Virus record (IMG/VR): IMGVR_UViG_3300024331_000096
Location: 1-51,105 of that record
Length of the DNA: 51,105 nt
Source of the DNA: a virus
Taxonomy: Duplodnaviria; Caudoviricetes
Strand: one strand, 5' to 3'
The notes beneath the pieces were generated by a model. It had not been told where the DNA came from, did not search any database, and worked only from the letters and a program-made list of their open reading frames with translations. Of the stretch, positions 40,408 through 50,694 are shown piece after piece. The position numbers and the translations under genes are program-made. Within the stretch, counting starts at the first letter, position 1. The number at the start of each line of letters is the position of its first letter.

Positions 40408-43400
40408 TGGCTACCATATTCCCAACTAGTCCCCTAGACATCAAGGCTGAGCTCTTGGTGACAGGTGTATGGACTGATATCTCGAAGTACCTGTACGAAC
40501 GAGATCCCGTCAACATCACCAACATAGGACGTGTAGACGAGAATAGCAGCATCCAGACTTCGCAGATGACCCTAACCCTGAACAACCGGGATTTCAGGTT
40601 TACTCCGAAGTATGCCTCGGGTGCTTACTTCCCGGCTATTGCCGTGGGCGCTCTAGTTCGTATTTCTGTTGGTTCTGCATCTACTAAACCTCTTGGCACA
40701 ATCGACGGAACATTCGAGACTGGCGTCGCTAACTGGACCCCAACGTCCGCGACGTTTGCTCAGTCCAGCGTACAGGCGCATTCCGGCACAAAATCGGGAT
40801 TGCTGACCGTCACCGGCACGCCTGCTCAGGCGTTCGTTCGGCCGACTTTGGCTGCCTCCGCTCCGGTAACCGTCGGGACGTCCTACACGGCGTCTGGGTG
40901 GCTATACTCAGCCGCTGGATACGCATTCACCAACTTTGCGATTGACTGGTATACTTCCGGAGGCGTCTTCCTGTCCACCTCATCCGGCTCGAATGTGGCG
41001 CTGCCCGCCGGGCAGTGGATGTTCTGCACGGTCACGGGCACCGCTCCGGCGACTGCTGCGTTCGGCGAATACGGTCCGTCGATCACCGGCACTCCGCCAG
41101 CCGGGACGGCTGTGTTCCTTGACGAAGCGACAATGCAACCGGCTATCAATGTGTATTCTGGCTTCCGCTTCTGCGGTGAGGTAATGTCATGGCCTCCGTC
41201 TTCAGACTCTACCGGAGTTGACATTACTACGTCTATCGTTGCGGTAGGGATTTGGACTCGTATTCAGCAGTCCTCTACTCCCATTGGTAGCTCCTACAAG
41301 AGATATGTGAATCAGCTAACTGGCGCAGATATCCCTGCTGGGCACTGGACCTTTGAAGACGGCGGAAGCGGGACTGGCGCTGCCACCCTGTTCTTTGTGA
41401 GTAACATCGGGGCTGGTGGTAACGCAGCCGTCACGGCTAGCACTCCTTCGTATGCTGCGGACAGTACAAGCTTCCTAGGTAGCGACTCGCTAATGCAGTT
41501 CAACAATGCGAGAATCACCTGTACTGTCTCTGGCGGTGGTACACCGACTAACAACGTCATTCGCTTTGCGCTAGCTGTTCCGCCTGGTGGTGACGGTAAT
41601 CAGCCGACTGGCAACTGGAACCTTGCTGAGGTTGATACTACTGGCACGGTTAAGAAGCTAGAATGCTACATGCTGGGCAACGGGAAGCTTCAGTTTGACG
41701 GAGTGAACAATGTTGGCACGATCGTGTTCACTACCTCAACGACGACAAACGTGAGAGGCATTCCTCTTCTCGTTAGCATGAAGCTAACCCCCTCGGGGGC
41801 CAACCTTACCTGGACTCTGGAGATCATTAAGCCTGGTGCCGGGTCTGTTCTTGAGACCAAAACGGGTACGCTGACGACAGCTTCTATCAACACGGTCACG
41901 GCAGTGAAGCTGAACCGTGCGGGCATGCTGTCCAATACGACCTTTGGGCAGCTTACGGTCAACTACACGGTTCCGTCTATCCTCACTGCGGCTGCTGCTC
42001 TTGGCGGACACGCTGGTGAATTTGCGGTTGACAGGTTCACGAGGCTGTGCGCAGAGTTTAACATAGCGTCTACCGTGATCGGTTCTACGTCCGCGGCTAT
42101 GGGGCCACAATTTGACGACACTCTTGCGAACTTGCTGCAGAGCGTTGAGAACACGGACGGCGGGCTACTGTACGAGTCTAGGGATACGTTTGGTCTGGGC
42201 TATCGCACATTGCTGTCTATGCAGAATCAGTCCCCAGTCGCTACCCTAGACTACACAACCTCGGTGCTGTCTCCGCCCTTCCCGGCTACCTATGACACTC
42301 AGCTCCTGAAGAATCAGTGGACTGTCAATAACTGGGACGGTTACTCCACTCTAGCCACGCTGACCTCGGGTGCTCGGTCTATCCAGAACGCTCCGAACGG
42401 TGTGGGCATCTACGCGGGCGGACCACTAGACATTGTGGCGAACACTCACGCACAGACTGACGCTATAGCTAAGCAGAGGTTGTTCCAGGGTGCAGATGAC
42501 GAGGTGCGCTATCCGCAGCTAAACATTGACATGGAGCGTCCGGAGCTCAATGCGTTCTTCGCCTCCGTGCCGGGCCTGCGCATTGGCGACTATATTCAGA
42601 TCACGAACTTGCCGACGTTCCACGGTACTTCTACTGCGAAGCTAATGATCTGGGGATACCAGGAGAGTCTCAATAACTTCACGTGGGGCTTCACTTTCAA
42701 CGCTGTCCCGGAGTCTCCATTTGAGACAGCGTTCAACCCCGGAGTTTTCTCTGTAACTCAGGTTCCTGGCGGTAGCGTTTCGCAGGGTTCGCCCATAGGC
42801 AGTTCCGTGTCCGGCTCCCAGCTAGGCGCGGGCAGCGTGCCAGCAACGGCTCTGACAAATGTCATCAGCGCCAAGTCTCTCGGTGGCCTCACTTACTTCA
42901 CGGGTGCGCCTACTCCCTACGGCTGGACATTCGCGGTATCAGGTACGCCTGCTGACGTGGGCTACTTCATCTGTACTGAGGATCAGGCTCAGGCCGTCAT
43001 CGTTGGTGACACGTTTGTTAACACCGGAGGTTTCGGCGGGCCGTTCACTGTAACGTCGCTAGATCCGCCATCTGGCGGTAACGTTAACGTTCACTTCCAG
43101 CCAGACGCGAGCTCTGTCATGAGCTCGGGTACTGTGAACGGTGCGACCAATGGTGACGAGTGGATCAATAGTTCGGGCGGTAATCAGATCAACAAGTGGG
43201 TGAACGGTGCCTGGGTTCCTATCACCTTCAATGCCCAGAACGTCATCGTTGCGGGTAGCATCACGGCTACGCAGATAGCGGCCCTGACCATTACGGCTGG
43301 CTTGCTCGTGGCTGGCATTGTCGTGTCCGGCATTGTTGACGCCACTGTTGTTCAAGCCTCTAGCTTTCTCGCCGTTGGTTCTTCCGGAGAGTTCCTCGCG

Positions 43401-44150
43401 TATTCCGCTTCTCCGGCTGCTGGCAACATGGTCTTCTCGATTTCCGGGATGTCTGGCACTGACGGATTCACTAACGCCTACGCGCAAGGTGCCGAAGTCC
43501 ACATTGGCGGGCTTGTTCTGGACAACCAGGCTTCTGCTCCGTCAACAGTTACCGGGTCTAGCATTATCTACTCCGGTAGTCAGGGCAGGTTGCGGTTCAT
43601 CAATACTGCTGGCGTTGACCTGATACTAGACCGCAGCGTTCTGGACATTACGAACTTCACTATGGGCACGCAGACGATTCCGCATATCTTGTCTAGCACC
43701 CTGAACTATGTCGCAAGCGAAGCTCTTGTTGGATCTGAGTACGAGATCGAGTGTGACGGGACCATTACCACTCCGTCCGGTACCACGGCTCAGTTTACGT
43801 TCGACTATTTCCTTGATGGCGTCGCGTTTGCCGGGACTTCTGCAATAACTGTCGGTGGCGTCATTATCCAGACCGGCTTCACATATGCGTTTACTCTTAG
43901 GCTCCGGGCTACCGTGCAGACCACCGGGGCCGGAGGCACTGTTAACTGCGCTCTAGATGGCAGCATGACGAGGAAGGTTGCTGGCGTCGGTAATGCACAG
44001 CAGTTCACTACCCTCAACAACGTCGTAGTTAACTGCGCGTTCGACACGACCGCTGCTCATTCGCTGGCCATGTACTGTAACTGGAGCAGCACGGTCGGTA
44101 CTGGGCACAGCGCTATCGTCTATCGGACCAAGAAGACTAGGAGAAACTAA
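40407..44150 (+). CDS. Large tail-tip/baseplate protein with CBM4/9-like insertion
   Basis: WTDIS...GR.DE...LTLNNRD.RFTP hub motif; GTFETGVANW...QAHSGTKS...FLDE carbohydrate-binding-type insert; DGGLLYESRD. Confidence 0.8.
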   Translation: MATIFPTSPLDIKAELLVTGVWTDISKYLYERDPVNITNIGRVDENSSIQTSQMTLTLNNRDFRFTPKYASGAYFPAIAVGALVRISVGSASTKPLGTIDGTFETGVANWTPTSATFAQSSVQAHSGTKSGLLTVTGTPAQAFVRPTLAASAPVTVGTSYTASGWLYSAAGYAFTNFAIDWYTSGGVFLSTSSGSNVALPAGQWMFCTVTGTAPATAAFGEYGPSITGTPPAGTAVFLDEATMQPAINVYSGFRFCGEVMSWPPSSDSTGVDITTSIVAVGIWTRIQQSSTPIGSSYKRYVNQLTGADIPAGHWTFEDGGSGTGAATLFFVSNIGAGGNAAVTASTPSYAADSTSFLGSDSLMQFNNARITCTVSGGGTPTNNVIRFALAVPPGGDGNQPTGNWNLAEVDTTGTVKKLECYMLGNGKLQFDGVNNVGTIVFTTSTTTNVRGIPLLVSMKLTPSGANLTWTLEIIKPGAGSVLETKTGTLTTASINTVTAVKLNRAGMLSNTTFGQLTVNYTVPSILTAAAALGGHAGEFAVDRFTRLCAEFNIASTVIGSTSAAMGPQFDDTLANLLQSVENTDGGLLYESRDTFGLGYRTLLSMQNQSPVATLDYTTSVLSPPFPATYDTQLLKNQWTVNNWDGYSTLATLTSGARSIQNAPNGVGIYAGGPLDIVANTHAQTDAIAKQRLFQGADDEVRYPQLNIDMERPELNAFFASVPGLRIGDYIQITNLPTFHGTSTAKLMIWGYQESLNNFTWGFTFNAVPESPFETAFNPGVFSVTQVPGGSVSQGSPIGSSVSGSQLGAGSVPATALTNVISAKSLGGLTYFTGAPTPYGWTFAVSGTPADVGYFICTEDQAQAVIVGDTFVNTGGFGGPFTVTSLDPPSGGNVNVHFQPDASSVMSSGTVNGATNGDEWINSSGGNQINKWVNGAWVPITFNAQNVIVAGSITATQIAALTITAGLLVAGIVVSGIVDATVVQASSFLAVGSSGEFLAYSASPAAGNMVFSISGMSGTDGFTNAYAQGAEVHIGGLVLDNQASAPSTVTGSSIIYSGSQGRLRFINTAGVDLILDRSVLDITNFTMGTQTIPHILSSTLNYVASEALVGSEYEIECDGTITTPSGTTAQFTFDYFLDGVAFAGTSAITVGGVIIQTGFTYAFTLRLRATVQTTGAGGTVNCALDGSMTRKVAGVGNAQQFTTLNNVVVNCAFDTTAAHSLAMYCNWSSTVGTGHSAIVYRTKKTRRN

Positions 44151-44512
44151 TGCCAGGTGTAGGCGCAACAATGTCGAGCTCGCAGATGGATAATATCCTG
44201 GCGTCTCTGGCGATCCAGATGCGCGATGTCATGCGCAATGTTTCTGACCTCGATCTATCAGTTAACGGGACCGGTATCGGACTGGCCTACATGATCAGCA
44301 TCGGATACAGCAACACGGTCGCCACTTCCAACCCGAACAACCCCGGAGGGATTACCGACGCTGCCTGGGCACTTCAGGTCTTGGCATTCCTGAACACGAA
44401 CGCCAAGGTGTATTTCGGTCTTCTCCAGCAGGGCGGCACGGGCGGAACAGGAGCCGTGACTCAGAATTTCAATCAGCAGCTCGCAGGAATATGGGGTGGG
44501 CGAGTCGTATGA
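44150..44512 (+). CDS. Hypothetical protein (probable tail-tip associated)
   Basis: TAATG coupling; AGGAG RBS. Confidence 0.6.
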   Translation: MPGVGATMSSSQMDNILASLAIQMRDVMRNVSDLDLSVNGTGIGLAYMISIGYSNTVATSNPNNPGGITDAAWALQVLAFLNTNAKVYFGLLQQGGTGGTGAVTQNFNQQLAGIWGGRVV

Positions 44513-45087
44513 CACTTGTTCAGGCTCTTGACATATTTCTTCCCTTGCTCGGGGTGCTGCTCGTTGGCGTGCTGGTTCCGGTATATCTCGTTGGCAAGGC
44601 AAACGCTGATCGGCGTGACGACAATGAGCGCGCTGACAGGATGCATCGTGAGGACAGAGAAGCTGATTGGAAGCGACAGGACGAGGTAGCTGAGAGAGCT
44701 GAGAAAGCTAAGCTGGCTGTTCTGGAAAGCCAGAGGTTGATCTCTGATCAAGCTACCGAGGCTGCCAGACTTCTTCTGGACACCAACAAGGAGGTTGAGA
44801 AGAAGCAGGCGGAAACTAACGGTATGCTCAACGTCATCCACACTTTGGTCAACAGCAACATGACCGCAGCGATGCAGGCTGAGTTCGATGCAACTCAGCG
44901 CGAGCTGGCGATGATGAAGGAAGTTATGGCGCTCAAGGGAGCTGCCGGGTTGGAGCCAACTCCCGAAGTTCTTGCCGCTATCTCTTCAACACAGGACAAG
45001 CTAGCTGAGCTAGCTTCTGCTCTTAGCGACCGAGCAAAGGCGCAAGCCAAAACTTTGCGAGACCAGGGAGCAGGGGGAGAGGCTTGA
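44509..45087 (+). CDS. N-terminally anchored coiled-coil membrane protein (lysis-associated?)
   Basis: One TM then heptad-rich; IHTLVNS motif; adjacent to lysin. Confidence 0.65.
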   Translation: MTLVQALDIFLPLLGVLLVGVLVPVYLVGKANADRRDDNERADRMHREDREADWKRQDEVAERAEKAKLAVLESQRLISDQATEAARLLLDTNKEVEKKQAETNGMLNVIHTLVNSNMTAAMQAEFDATQRELAMMKEVMALKGAAGLEPTPEVLAAISSTQDKLAELASALSDRAKAQAKTLRDQGAGGEA

Positions 45088-45293
45088 TCAAAGTGATTCT
45101 GCTATATCCCAACGGTCAACGACGAGAGGTTATCCTAGACGGTATACCTGGCAAAGATGACACCATACTTCTCAAGAACGAAACAGTCCCACTAGTTGTA
45201 GAGCATGTTCTGTGGATGGAGACCGGAGGACCTGGCGGCAGAGCCCGAAAGGGGCCGCAAGTTCTCCTGTCCGTGAGGGCAGCTCCGCAGTAG
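45084..45293 (+). CDS. Hypothetical protein
   Basis: TTG start coupled to upstream stop; GGAG RBS. Confidence 0.5.
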   Translation: MIKVILLYPNGQRREVILDGIPGKDDTILLKNETVPLVVEHVLWMETGGPGGRARKGPQVLLSVRAAPQ

Positions 45294-45318
45294 TGTATAC
45301 TAGGGTAAAGGAGGCAAA

Positions 45319-46302
45319 GTGACCATCATCGACTACAGCACGTCCCGCCCGTCGATCTCGCAGCTCAAGGCAGCGAAGGTTGATGCTGTGGGTCGATACA
45401 TCGGCTGGGACTCAGTTTCCGGCTTCCCCTCGATTGGCAAGAACATCACCAAGACCGAGGCTCACAATCTCATCGCGGCCAACATCGCGATCTTCCTTGC
45501 GTTCGAGTACGCGGCCAACGCTGCGGCCAAGGGAGCGGCGCAGGGAGCTGCCGACGGCAAGCTGGCTCAGAAGCAGCTCGCTGACATCGGGGCTCCGCCC
45601 AACATGTGCGTCTACTTCGCGGTGGACTTCGACATCCCCGACTACGCCCCTCATCTTCCGGACACTCCGGCTAACGCTCTGGAGAAGCTAGGGCCGGTGG
45701 GTCACTACTTCCAGGCGATCAACGCCCTGAAGCTACCGTACATCATCGGCGTGTACGGAGGCTACTACGCGGTCAAGCGAGTGCTCGATGCGAACCTGGC
45801 GAAGATGGCCTGGCAGGCGATCGCGTGGTCCGGCGGCAAGATCGAACCCGACCCTCGCTGCGTTCTCTTCCAGAACCTGGACCGTCCGCCCATCGGTGGC
45901 GCAGACGTGGACATCCGCCTGCACGCGATCACAAGCAAGGACTTCGGTCAGTGGCCGCGCCCGGCTGCGCCGAAGCCTCCCAAGCCCCCTGTCCCTCCGA
46001 TCCCCGCCACGTCAACAGTTCAGGAGTATCCCGTGATTCTCGACAACCTCATGTTCGAGCAGGCAGTTGCCGTTCCCGTTCCCTCCGGCAAGACCAAGGT
46101 CGTTCTGTACGCCGACCCCACCATGAGCGCCGGGCACGTAGCCCCGGTCATCCGCGTTGGCAGTCAGCCGACGTGGGCCACCGCCGACCTCAAGCCGACG
46201 TGGGCAACGCCCGCTACCTGGACGTTTCCGCATGACGCCAAGTACCTCACGGTCGGCCGCAAGGACACCGACAACGTTCCTGTCACCCTCGATTTCCAGT
46301 AA
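45319..46302 (+). CDS. Endolysin, DUF1906/Rv2525c-like (GH25-related) glycoside hydrolase
   Basis: IDYS..RPS, VGRY, KNITKTE, VYFAVDFD, GVYGGY, WQAIAWSGG, DVD; Pro linker then C-terminal domain; TATACT and AAGGAGG upstream. Confidence 0.88.
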   Translation: MTIIDYSTSRPSISQLKAAKVDAVGRYIGWDSVSGFPSIGKNITKTEAHNLIAANIAIFLAFEYAANAAAKGAAQGAADGKLAQKQLADIGAPPNMCVYFAVDFDIPDYAPHLPDTPANALEKLGPVGHYFQAINALKLPYIIGVYGGYYAVKRVLDANLAKMAWQAIAWSGGKIEPDPRCVLFQNLDRPPIGGADVDIRLHAITSKDFGQWPRPAAPKPPKPPVPPIPATSTVQEYPVILDNLMFEQAVAVPVPSGKTKVVLYADPTMSAGHVAPVIRVGSQPTWATADLKPTWATPATWTFPHDAKYLTVGRKDTDNVPVTLDFQ

Positions 46303-46326
46303 CACCCATCAAGAAGGAGAACGGCC

Positions 46327-46818
46327 ATGGCCAGGTACCACTGGAAGATCCAGAGCGCAACCGCAATCGCGGTTGACACCATCATCGGAACCCTCATGTG
46401 CCCGGCCGGTTCCGGGTACAACCTGAAGCGCGTAGACGCTTCGCTAATCACGGTGGGCTCGGCCTCGGCTCCGCCCGACCAGAACTGCGTGCTCGGGATC
46501 ATCGGCGCGACGGCTGCCGGGACCGGCGGTGTGTCCGCTGGGCCGACGGCCGCGGACCTGCCCATGAACCAGAACTACCCGCCCGCGCTGGCAATTCCGG
46601 CCACGACCTACACCACGCTCCAGCCGACGTTCAACGCGAGTGCCCGGGATCAGTACCAGATCTCCTGCTCCTCGCGTGGGGGCGGCATCCTGAACTGGGA
46701 GCAGCCCGACGAGTGGCAGGTGCTCAAGGGCGTGACCAACGGCCTCGTGTTCCTCAACCGCATCAACGCTCTCACTACGCCGCTCGCGTGGGTCATCGAC
46801 GTGGAGTGGGAAGAGTAA
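46327..46818 (+). CDS. Probable virion beta-sandwich protein
   Basis: AAGGAG RBS; high GC3; T/A/G-rich, ends VEWEE. Confidence 0.65.
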   Translation: MARYHWKIQSATAIAVDTIIGTLMCPAGSGYNLKRVDASLITVGSASAPPDQNCVLGIIGATAAGTGGVSAGPTAADLPMNQNYPPALAIPATTYTTLQPTFNASARDQYQISCSSRGGGILNWEQPDEWQVLKGVTNGLVFLNRINALTTPLAWVIDVEWEE

Positions 46819-46825
46819 CAGAGCC

Positions 46826-47113
46826 GTGGCTGTCCTGGGTCAGACGAATGTGTTCAAGGTGTTCGCGGATGGCGACAGCGATCAGGTTGCGCTGTACGCC
46901 ATTCGCAACATCACGACCGGAGACACGGTCAACCTCGGGCCTGGCGGACTCAACGACTTTCTTGGTATCAAGCAGGCCGTTGTCCTAGGGACCACTGTAG
47001 CCGGAATCGCTAATCCTGGGATCGCAGGTACGACCCTGACCGTTCCCGCCGGGCTATCCGGTGATGCCGGATACATGCTCGTGTGGGGTCCTTCTGCAAA
47101 CATGGCGGGATAA
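46826..47113 (+). CDS. Probable small virion protein
   Basis: G/T/V-rich; LVWG terminus. Confidence 0.6.
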   Translation: MAVLGQTNVFKVFADGDSDQVALYAIRNITTGDTVNLGPGGLNDFLGIKQAVVLGTTVAGIANPGIAGTTLTVPAGLSGDAGYMLVWGPSANMAG

Positions 47114-47116
47114 CTC

Positions 47117-47704
47117 ATGGCTACACTCTGGAGATTTCCTCTTCAACCGCAGGCGTTCGCGGCGGGTACTGCTGTCACGGCCGCCTCACTAACTTCCGGT
47201 CTTATAGGTTCTCAGTTTCCTGTGATCCCGGGAGGAATCTACGAAGCCGGAGCTAAGCTGAGCATCCGGGCCACTGGCGAAATCACTTCGACCTCAGCTA
47301 CGCCAACGGTCATTCTGGATTTCCGGGTCAACTCCGTCGGTTCAGCTGTTGGCGGCGCTGGAGTTTCTGTCCTAGCCGCTTCTGCAGCTCTGGCGATTAA
47401 CGTCGCTGCTACGGGCTGGCCGTTCATCATGGAATACGACGGCACGATTCGCTCGGTGTCTACCGGCATCTCTGCGAACGGCGTCATTCACGGTCAGGGC
47501 ATCGTGTACTCGGGGTTCGGTGCTGCTGGTGGCCTCTCGGCAATCATGGAGCCTCGTCCTTTCCCGATCACTGTGGCACTGCGTACTGTGTCTACTCTGA
47601 ACACGCAGATAGCTAATCAGATTGATCTCGGCATTACCCTGTCGTCCGTCACTGGCACGCCATCTGTCACAATAACTGACCTATGGGCGGAGCTGTCTGC
47701 CTAA
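47117..47704 (+). CDS. Probable virion beta-sandwich protein
   Basis: GAKLSIRATGEITST..PT; composition resembles the C-terminal domain of 40407..44150. Confidence 0.65.
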   Translation: MATLWRFPLQPQAFAAGTAVTAASLTSGLIGSQFPVIPGGIYEAGAKLSIRATGEITSTSATPTVILDFRVNSVGSAVGGAGVSVLAASAALAINVAATGWPFIMEYDGTIRSVSTGISANGVIHGQGIVYSGFGAAGGLSAIMEPRPFPITVALRTVSTLNTQIANQIDLGITLSSVTGTPSVTITDLWAELSA

Positions 47705-47740
47705 ACAAATCTTCTGGCTAGCGGAGGGCGGTGAGCCTGC

Positions 47741-50401
47741 GTGGTCGCCTTTGATGCAGTTGGTCCGTCTTCTGCCGGGGCTGGCAACGCCGGGACCAGT
47801 CCGCTCCAATGGAATCACACTTGCGGGGCGGGCGCAACTGCTCTATACGTCGCAATAGCGGTCGGTCAGAACAGCGGAAACGATAACTCGTTCACTGTTA
47901 CCGCGACCTATAACGGCGTTTCGATGACCGCCCTGAGTGCAGGGCAGTCCGCTAACGCTGCCGCCATGGGAGGAACCAACGGATTTGTCAAAGTATTCAA
48001 GATGGCTAATCCGCCGACCGGCAGTGCGCTTCAGGTCTCGGTTACCTGCTCTGGTGCTCTAGTCTCCCTTTCTGGCGGATCTATCTCTGTCACCGGGTCA
48101 GCAGGTGAGGGAACTCTCGGTGTTAACTTTAGCTCGACCAACACGACTAGCGGTACTGTCTCGGTCCTGAACACAGTGTCGGGCGGACTATGTCTGGCTT
48201 TTTCGGCCAATGGGTCTATAGGTACAGATACTTGGACGTCGGGAACTAAGAGATTCGAGAACGACCAGAACAGCAGCAGCGGCGCAGGAAACTCTTCTGG
48301 AGCAACTCTTGCTTCGCCGGGCGGCACTGCGACCATGACCTGGACGCAGGCTCTCGACGACTACGGTGTCATTGCGTTCGAGGCGCTGCCTTCAGGTCCT
48401 CAATCTTCTCCGGCACCGCAAGTTCCTCCGGGGAGATTCGCTCCTCTTAGCCGACTGTTCCCAGGAACTCCGTTTGCTCTGCCTCCGTCTGGACCTATCG
48501 TTGTTCAGGTAACGGTTACGGTTCAGCCTGTCAACGCAGCTATCACCATGGCTATGCCGAAGCTACGCAGGGCTCCGGCTACGAGGCTGACGCGGGGTGC
48601 ACAGGTTCCTCCTGTTGTAGTTGACTCCATACAGCAGGCATTGCCGAGGACTCGTGTTCAGCCGAAGCTGCGGCTTACGACCGGGATGCTGCCGGGCAAG
48701 GGACTGTCGGGCATCCCGCCCATGTCGCATATACGACCAAGGCAGGCTCGTCTCGTTGTCAGGCCACGCGGCGCGATCAATGGTCCGTTCTCTCCTGGCG
48801 TTGTCACTGTTGTAACGCCGATACGGCCAGTCGTACTTGTATCGCCGAGACGCGGACCACCCCGCGCTCCCCTCCGACTAGTTCGTGGCGAACGAGGATC
48901 GCTAACTGTACCTGTTCCGCGTCCCGTTGTGCTGCGCTGCCGTCAGGCTCCTGTACCGCTGCGTGTCTTCAATCTTATTCGTCGCGGGGAACGCGGTAGT
49001 CTCACCGTACCGATTCCAGTCCCGATAGTCCTGCGTAATCGCAATAGCGTCCGTCCTGTTCCGCAACGTCTTATCCGCGGTGAACGCGGTTCACTGACCG
49101 TACCCATTCCGGTTCCTATTGTTCTGCGCAACAGGCAGAAGATCAGGTCAGTACAATCTCGCCTGATGCCCGGTATAGTTATACCGCCGTTTGTCTATCC
49201 TGCTCAGCCGCAGCCCACGATTAAGGTTCGCACTCAGTACAGGCTCCAGCGGCAACCGCGAATGTCTATCGCGGTTGGCATGCTACCGGGGCGCGGGCTG
49301 AGCGGCCTACCGCCAACCGGGCACATACGGTCACGTGCTGCACGTTTGGTTACACGTAACTCGGGAACGCTGAGAGCGGGTCAGCGCGGCTCTTTGACAG
49401 TTCCTGTGCCGGTGCCCATTACACTTCGGGACAAGCGCAAGATCAGGCCGGTTCAGTCTAAGCTGACGTACCCGTTCTTTGTCTCGTCTGTTATCGTCTA
49501 CCCTGTCGTCACTGCGCCTACGCACATCGCCAGTACGCGATACAGGTTGCAGATTCAGCCGCGCATGTCGCTGCGGACAGGTATGCTTCCTGGAAAGGGA
49601 CTTTCCGGAATACCTGTTCAGCAGACTAGATCTGCGCCGGCTCGTATCCAGCGTCAGCCTCGTATGTCGCTGCGCACCGGGTACCCTGGCGCACTGACAG
49701 TTCCTGCTGTTCCTGTGCCGATTGTGCTGCGGAACCGAAACAGGGTACTGCGAGCAACCTCGCGTCTCATATCCGGTCCGTTTATTCCGGCTGGAACTTT
49801 TCCGGCAGTTATTCAGCAGCACTACTTCTTGAAGCCGACATGGCGACTGGTTCGTGCACCAAAGATGTCGGTGCGGACGGGAATGCTACCGGGTACAGGG
49901 TTGTCCGGAATTCCACCGTTCGGTCACATTCGCCCGAAGCAGGCCAAGGCTGTTCCCAACGTTCGGTCTAGGCTTGTGCCTGGCCCGTTCATTCAGGTGT
50001 CGCTAAGCGCGAGGCAGTCTAGCAAGCCTGTCATGAAGTCTCGCCTGCAGAGACGTGACAAGGGGTCTTTGCGAACTGGCATGTTGCGGGGCGCTGGCCT
50101 GAGCGGGATTCCGCCGAAGGGTCACTTGCGTACGCTTCCGCCGCGTATACTTCAGCGCAGGTCGTCTGAGCGCATTCGTACTGGCTGGCCGGGATGGGGA
50201 TTCGTTTCCTCGTTCCCCGGCCAGGTAGCAATAGTTCACTCTCTAACGAATACGGTGACAGTGGTGAATGCTTCGGCAACAGTGGTGATAACAGACCAGA
50301 ATGTCAGTTCTGTGCAAGCTGGCAATACCTCAGCAACCGTGACGATCAGCAATGCCTTGGCAAGTTCGGCGACAGCTAAGAATTCGGAGACAGCGCCATG
50401 A
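47741..50401 (+). CDS. 886-aa protein: beta-rich N-domain plus about 660 aa of Arg/Pro/Val-rich repeats
   Basis: Uninterrupted ORF coupled to the next gene; GMLPGxGLSGIP x5 and RGERGSLTVPxPVPIVLR x5, conserved at protein level with synonymous DNA differences. Confidence 0.75.
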   Translation: MVAFDAVGPSSAGAGNAGTSPLQWNHTCGAGATALYVAIAVGQNSGNDNSFTVTATYNGVSMTALSAGQSANAAAMGGTNGFVKVFKMANPPTGSALQVSVTCSGALVSLSGGSISVTGSAGEGTLGVNFSSTNTTSGTVSVLNTVSGGLCLAFSANGSIGTDTWTSGTKRFENDQNSSSGAGNSSGATLASPGGTATMTWTQALDDYGVIAFEALPSGPQSSPAPQVPPGRFAPLSRLFPGTPFALPPSGPIVVQVTVTVQPVNAAITMAMPKLRRAPATRLTRGAQVPPVVVDSIQQALPRTRVQPKLRLTTGMLPGKGLSGIPPMSHIRPRQARLVVRPRGAINGPFSPGVVTVVTPIRPVVLVSPRRGPPRAPLRLVRGERGSLTVPVPRPVVLRCRQAPVPLRVFNLIRRGERGSLTVPIPVPIVLRNRNSVRPVPQRLIRGERGSLTVPIPVPIVLRNRQKIRSVQSRLMPGIVIPPFVYPAQPQPTIKVRTQYRLQRQPRMSIAVGMLPGRGLSGLPPTGHIRSRAARLVTRNSGTLRAGQRGSLTVPVPVPITLRDKRKIRPVQSKLTYPFFVSSVIVYPVVTAPTHIASTRYRLQIQPRMSLRTGMLPGKGLSGIPVQQTRSAPARIQRQPRMSLRTGYPGALTVPAVPVPIVLRNRNRVLRATSRLISGPFIPAGTFPAVIQQHYFLKPTWRLVRAPKMSVRTGMLPGTGLSGIPPFGHIRPKQAKAVPNVRSRLVPGPFIQVSLSARQSSKPVMKSRLQRRDKGSLRTGMLRGAGLSGIPPKGHLRTLPPRILQRRSSERIRTGWPGWGFVSSFPGQVAIVHSLTNTVTVVNASATVVITDQNVSSVQAGNTSATVTISNALASSATAKNSETAP

Positions 50402-50694
50402 CAACGATGAACATCTACGTCAGCGGATCGCTCGTACGTTCCTCTGCTGTATTCAAGAATGTGTTCGGGACACCGGCAGATCCAACGACTACGACCTTTA
50501 AGTACCGGGCCGGGACAGGGACGGTGCAGAATCCCAGCCCGGTACATGACGGTCCTGGGGCATTTCACTTTGACATTGACACAACAGGCTGGGCTGGTCC
50601 TGACATCCAGACCTACACGTGTCAGTGGCAGGGTACCGGAGCGGTTGTCGGCATTGATGACGACTACTTCGGCGTGAAGCCGCCAGCTCTGTAG
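50398..50694 (+). CDS. Small Ig/BppU-like beta protein
   Basis: GTPADPT..F...GAFHFDIDT...YTCQWQGTG. Confidence 0.6.
   Translation: MTTMNIYVSGSLVRSSAVFKNVFGTPADPTTTTFKYRAGTGTVQNPSPVHDGPGAFHFDIDTTGWAGPDIQTYTCQWQGTGAVVGIDDDYFGVKPPAL

Noticed and set aside
48400-50200. Repeat protein as a RiPP precursor or DGR target
   Set aside because: No RiPP maturation enzymes, reverse transcriptase or adenine-specific template/variable repeat pair in the window
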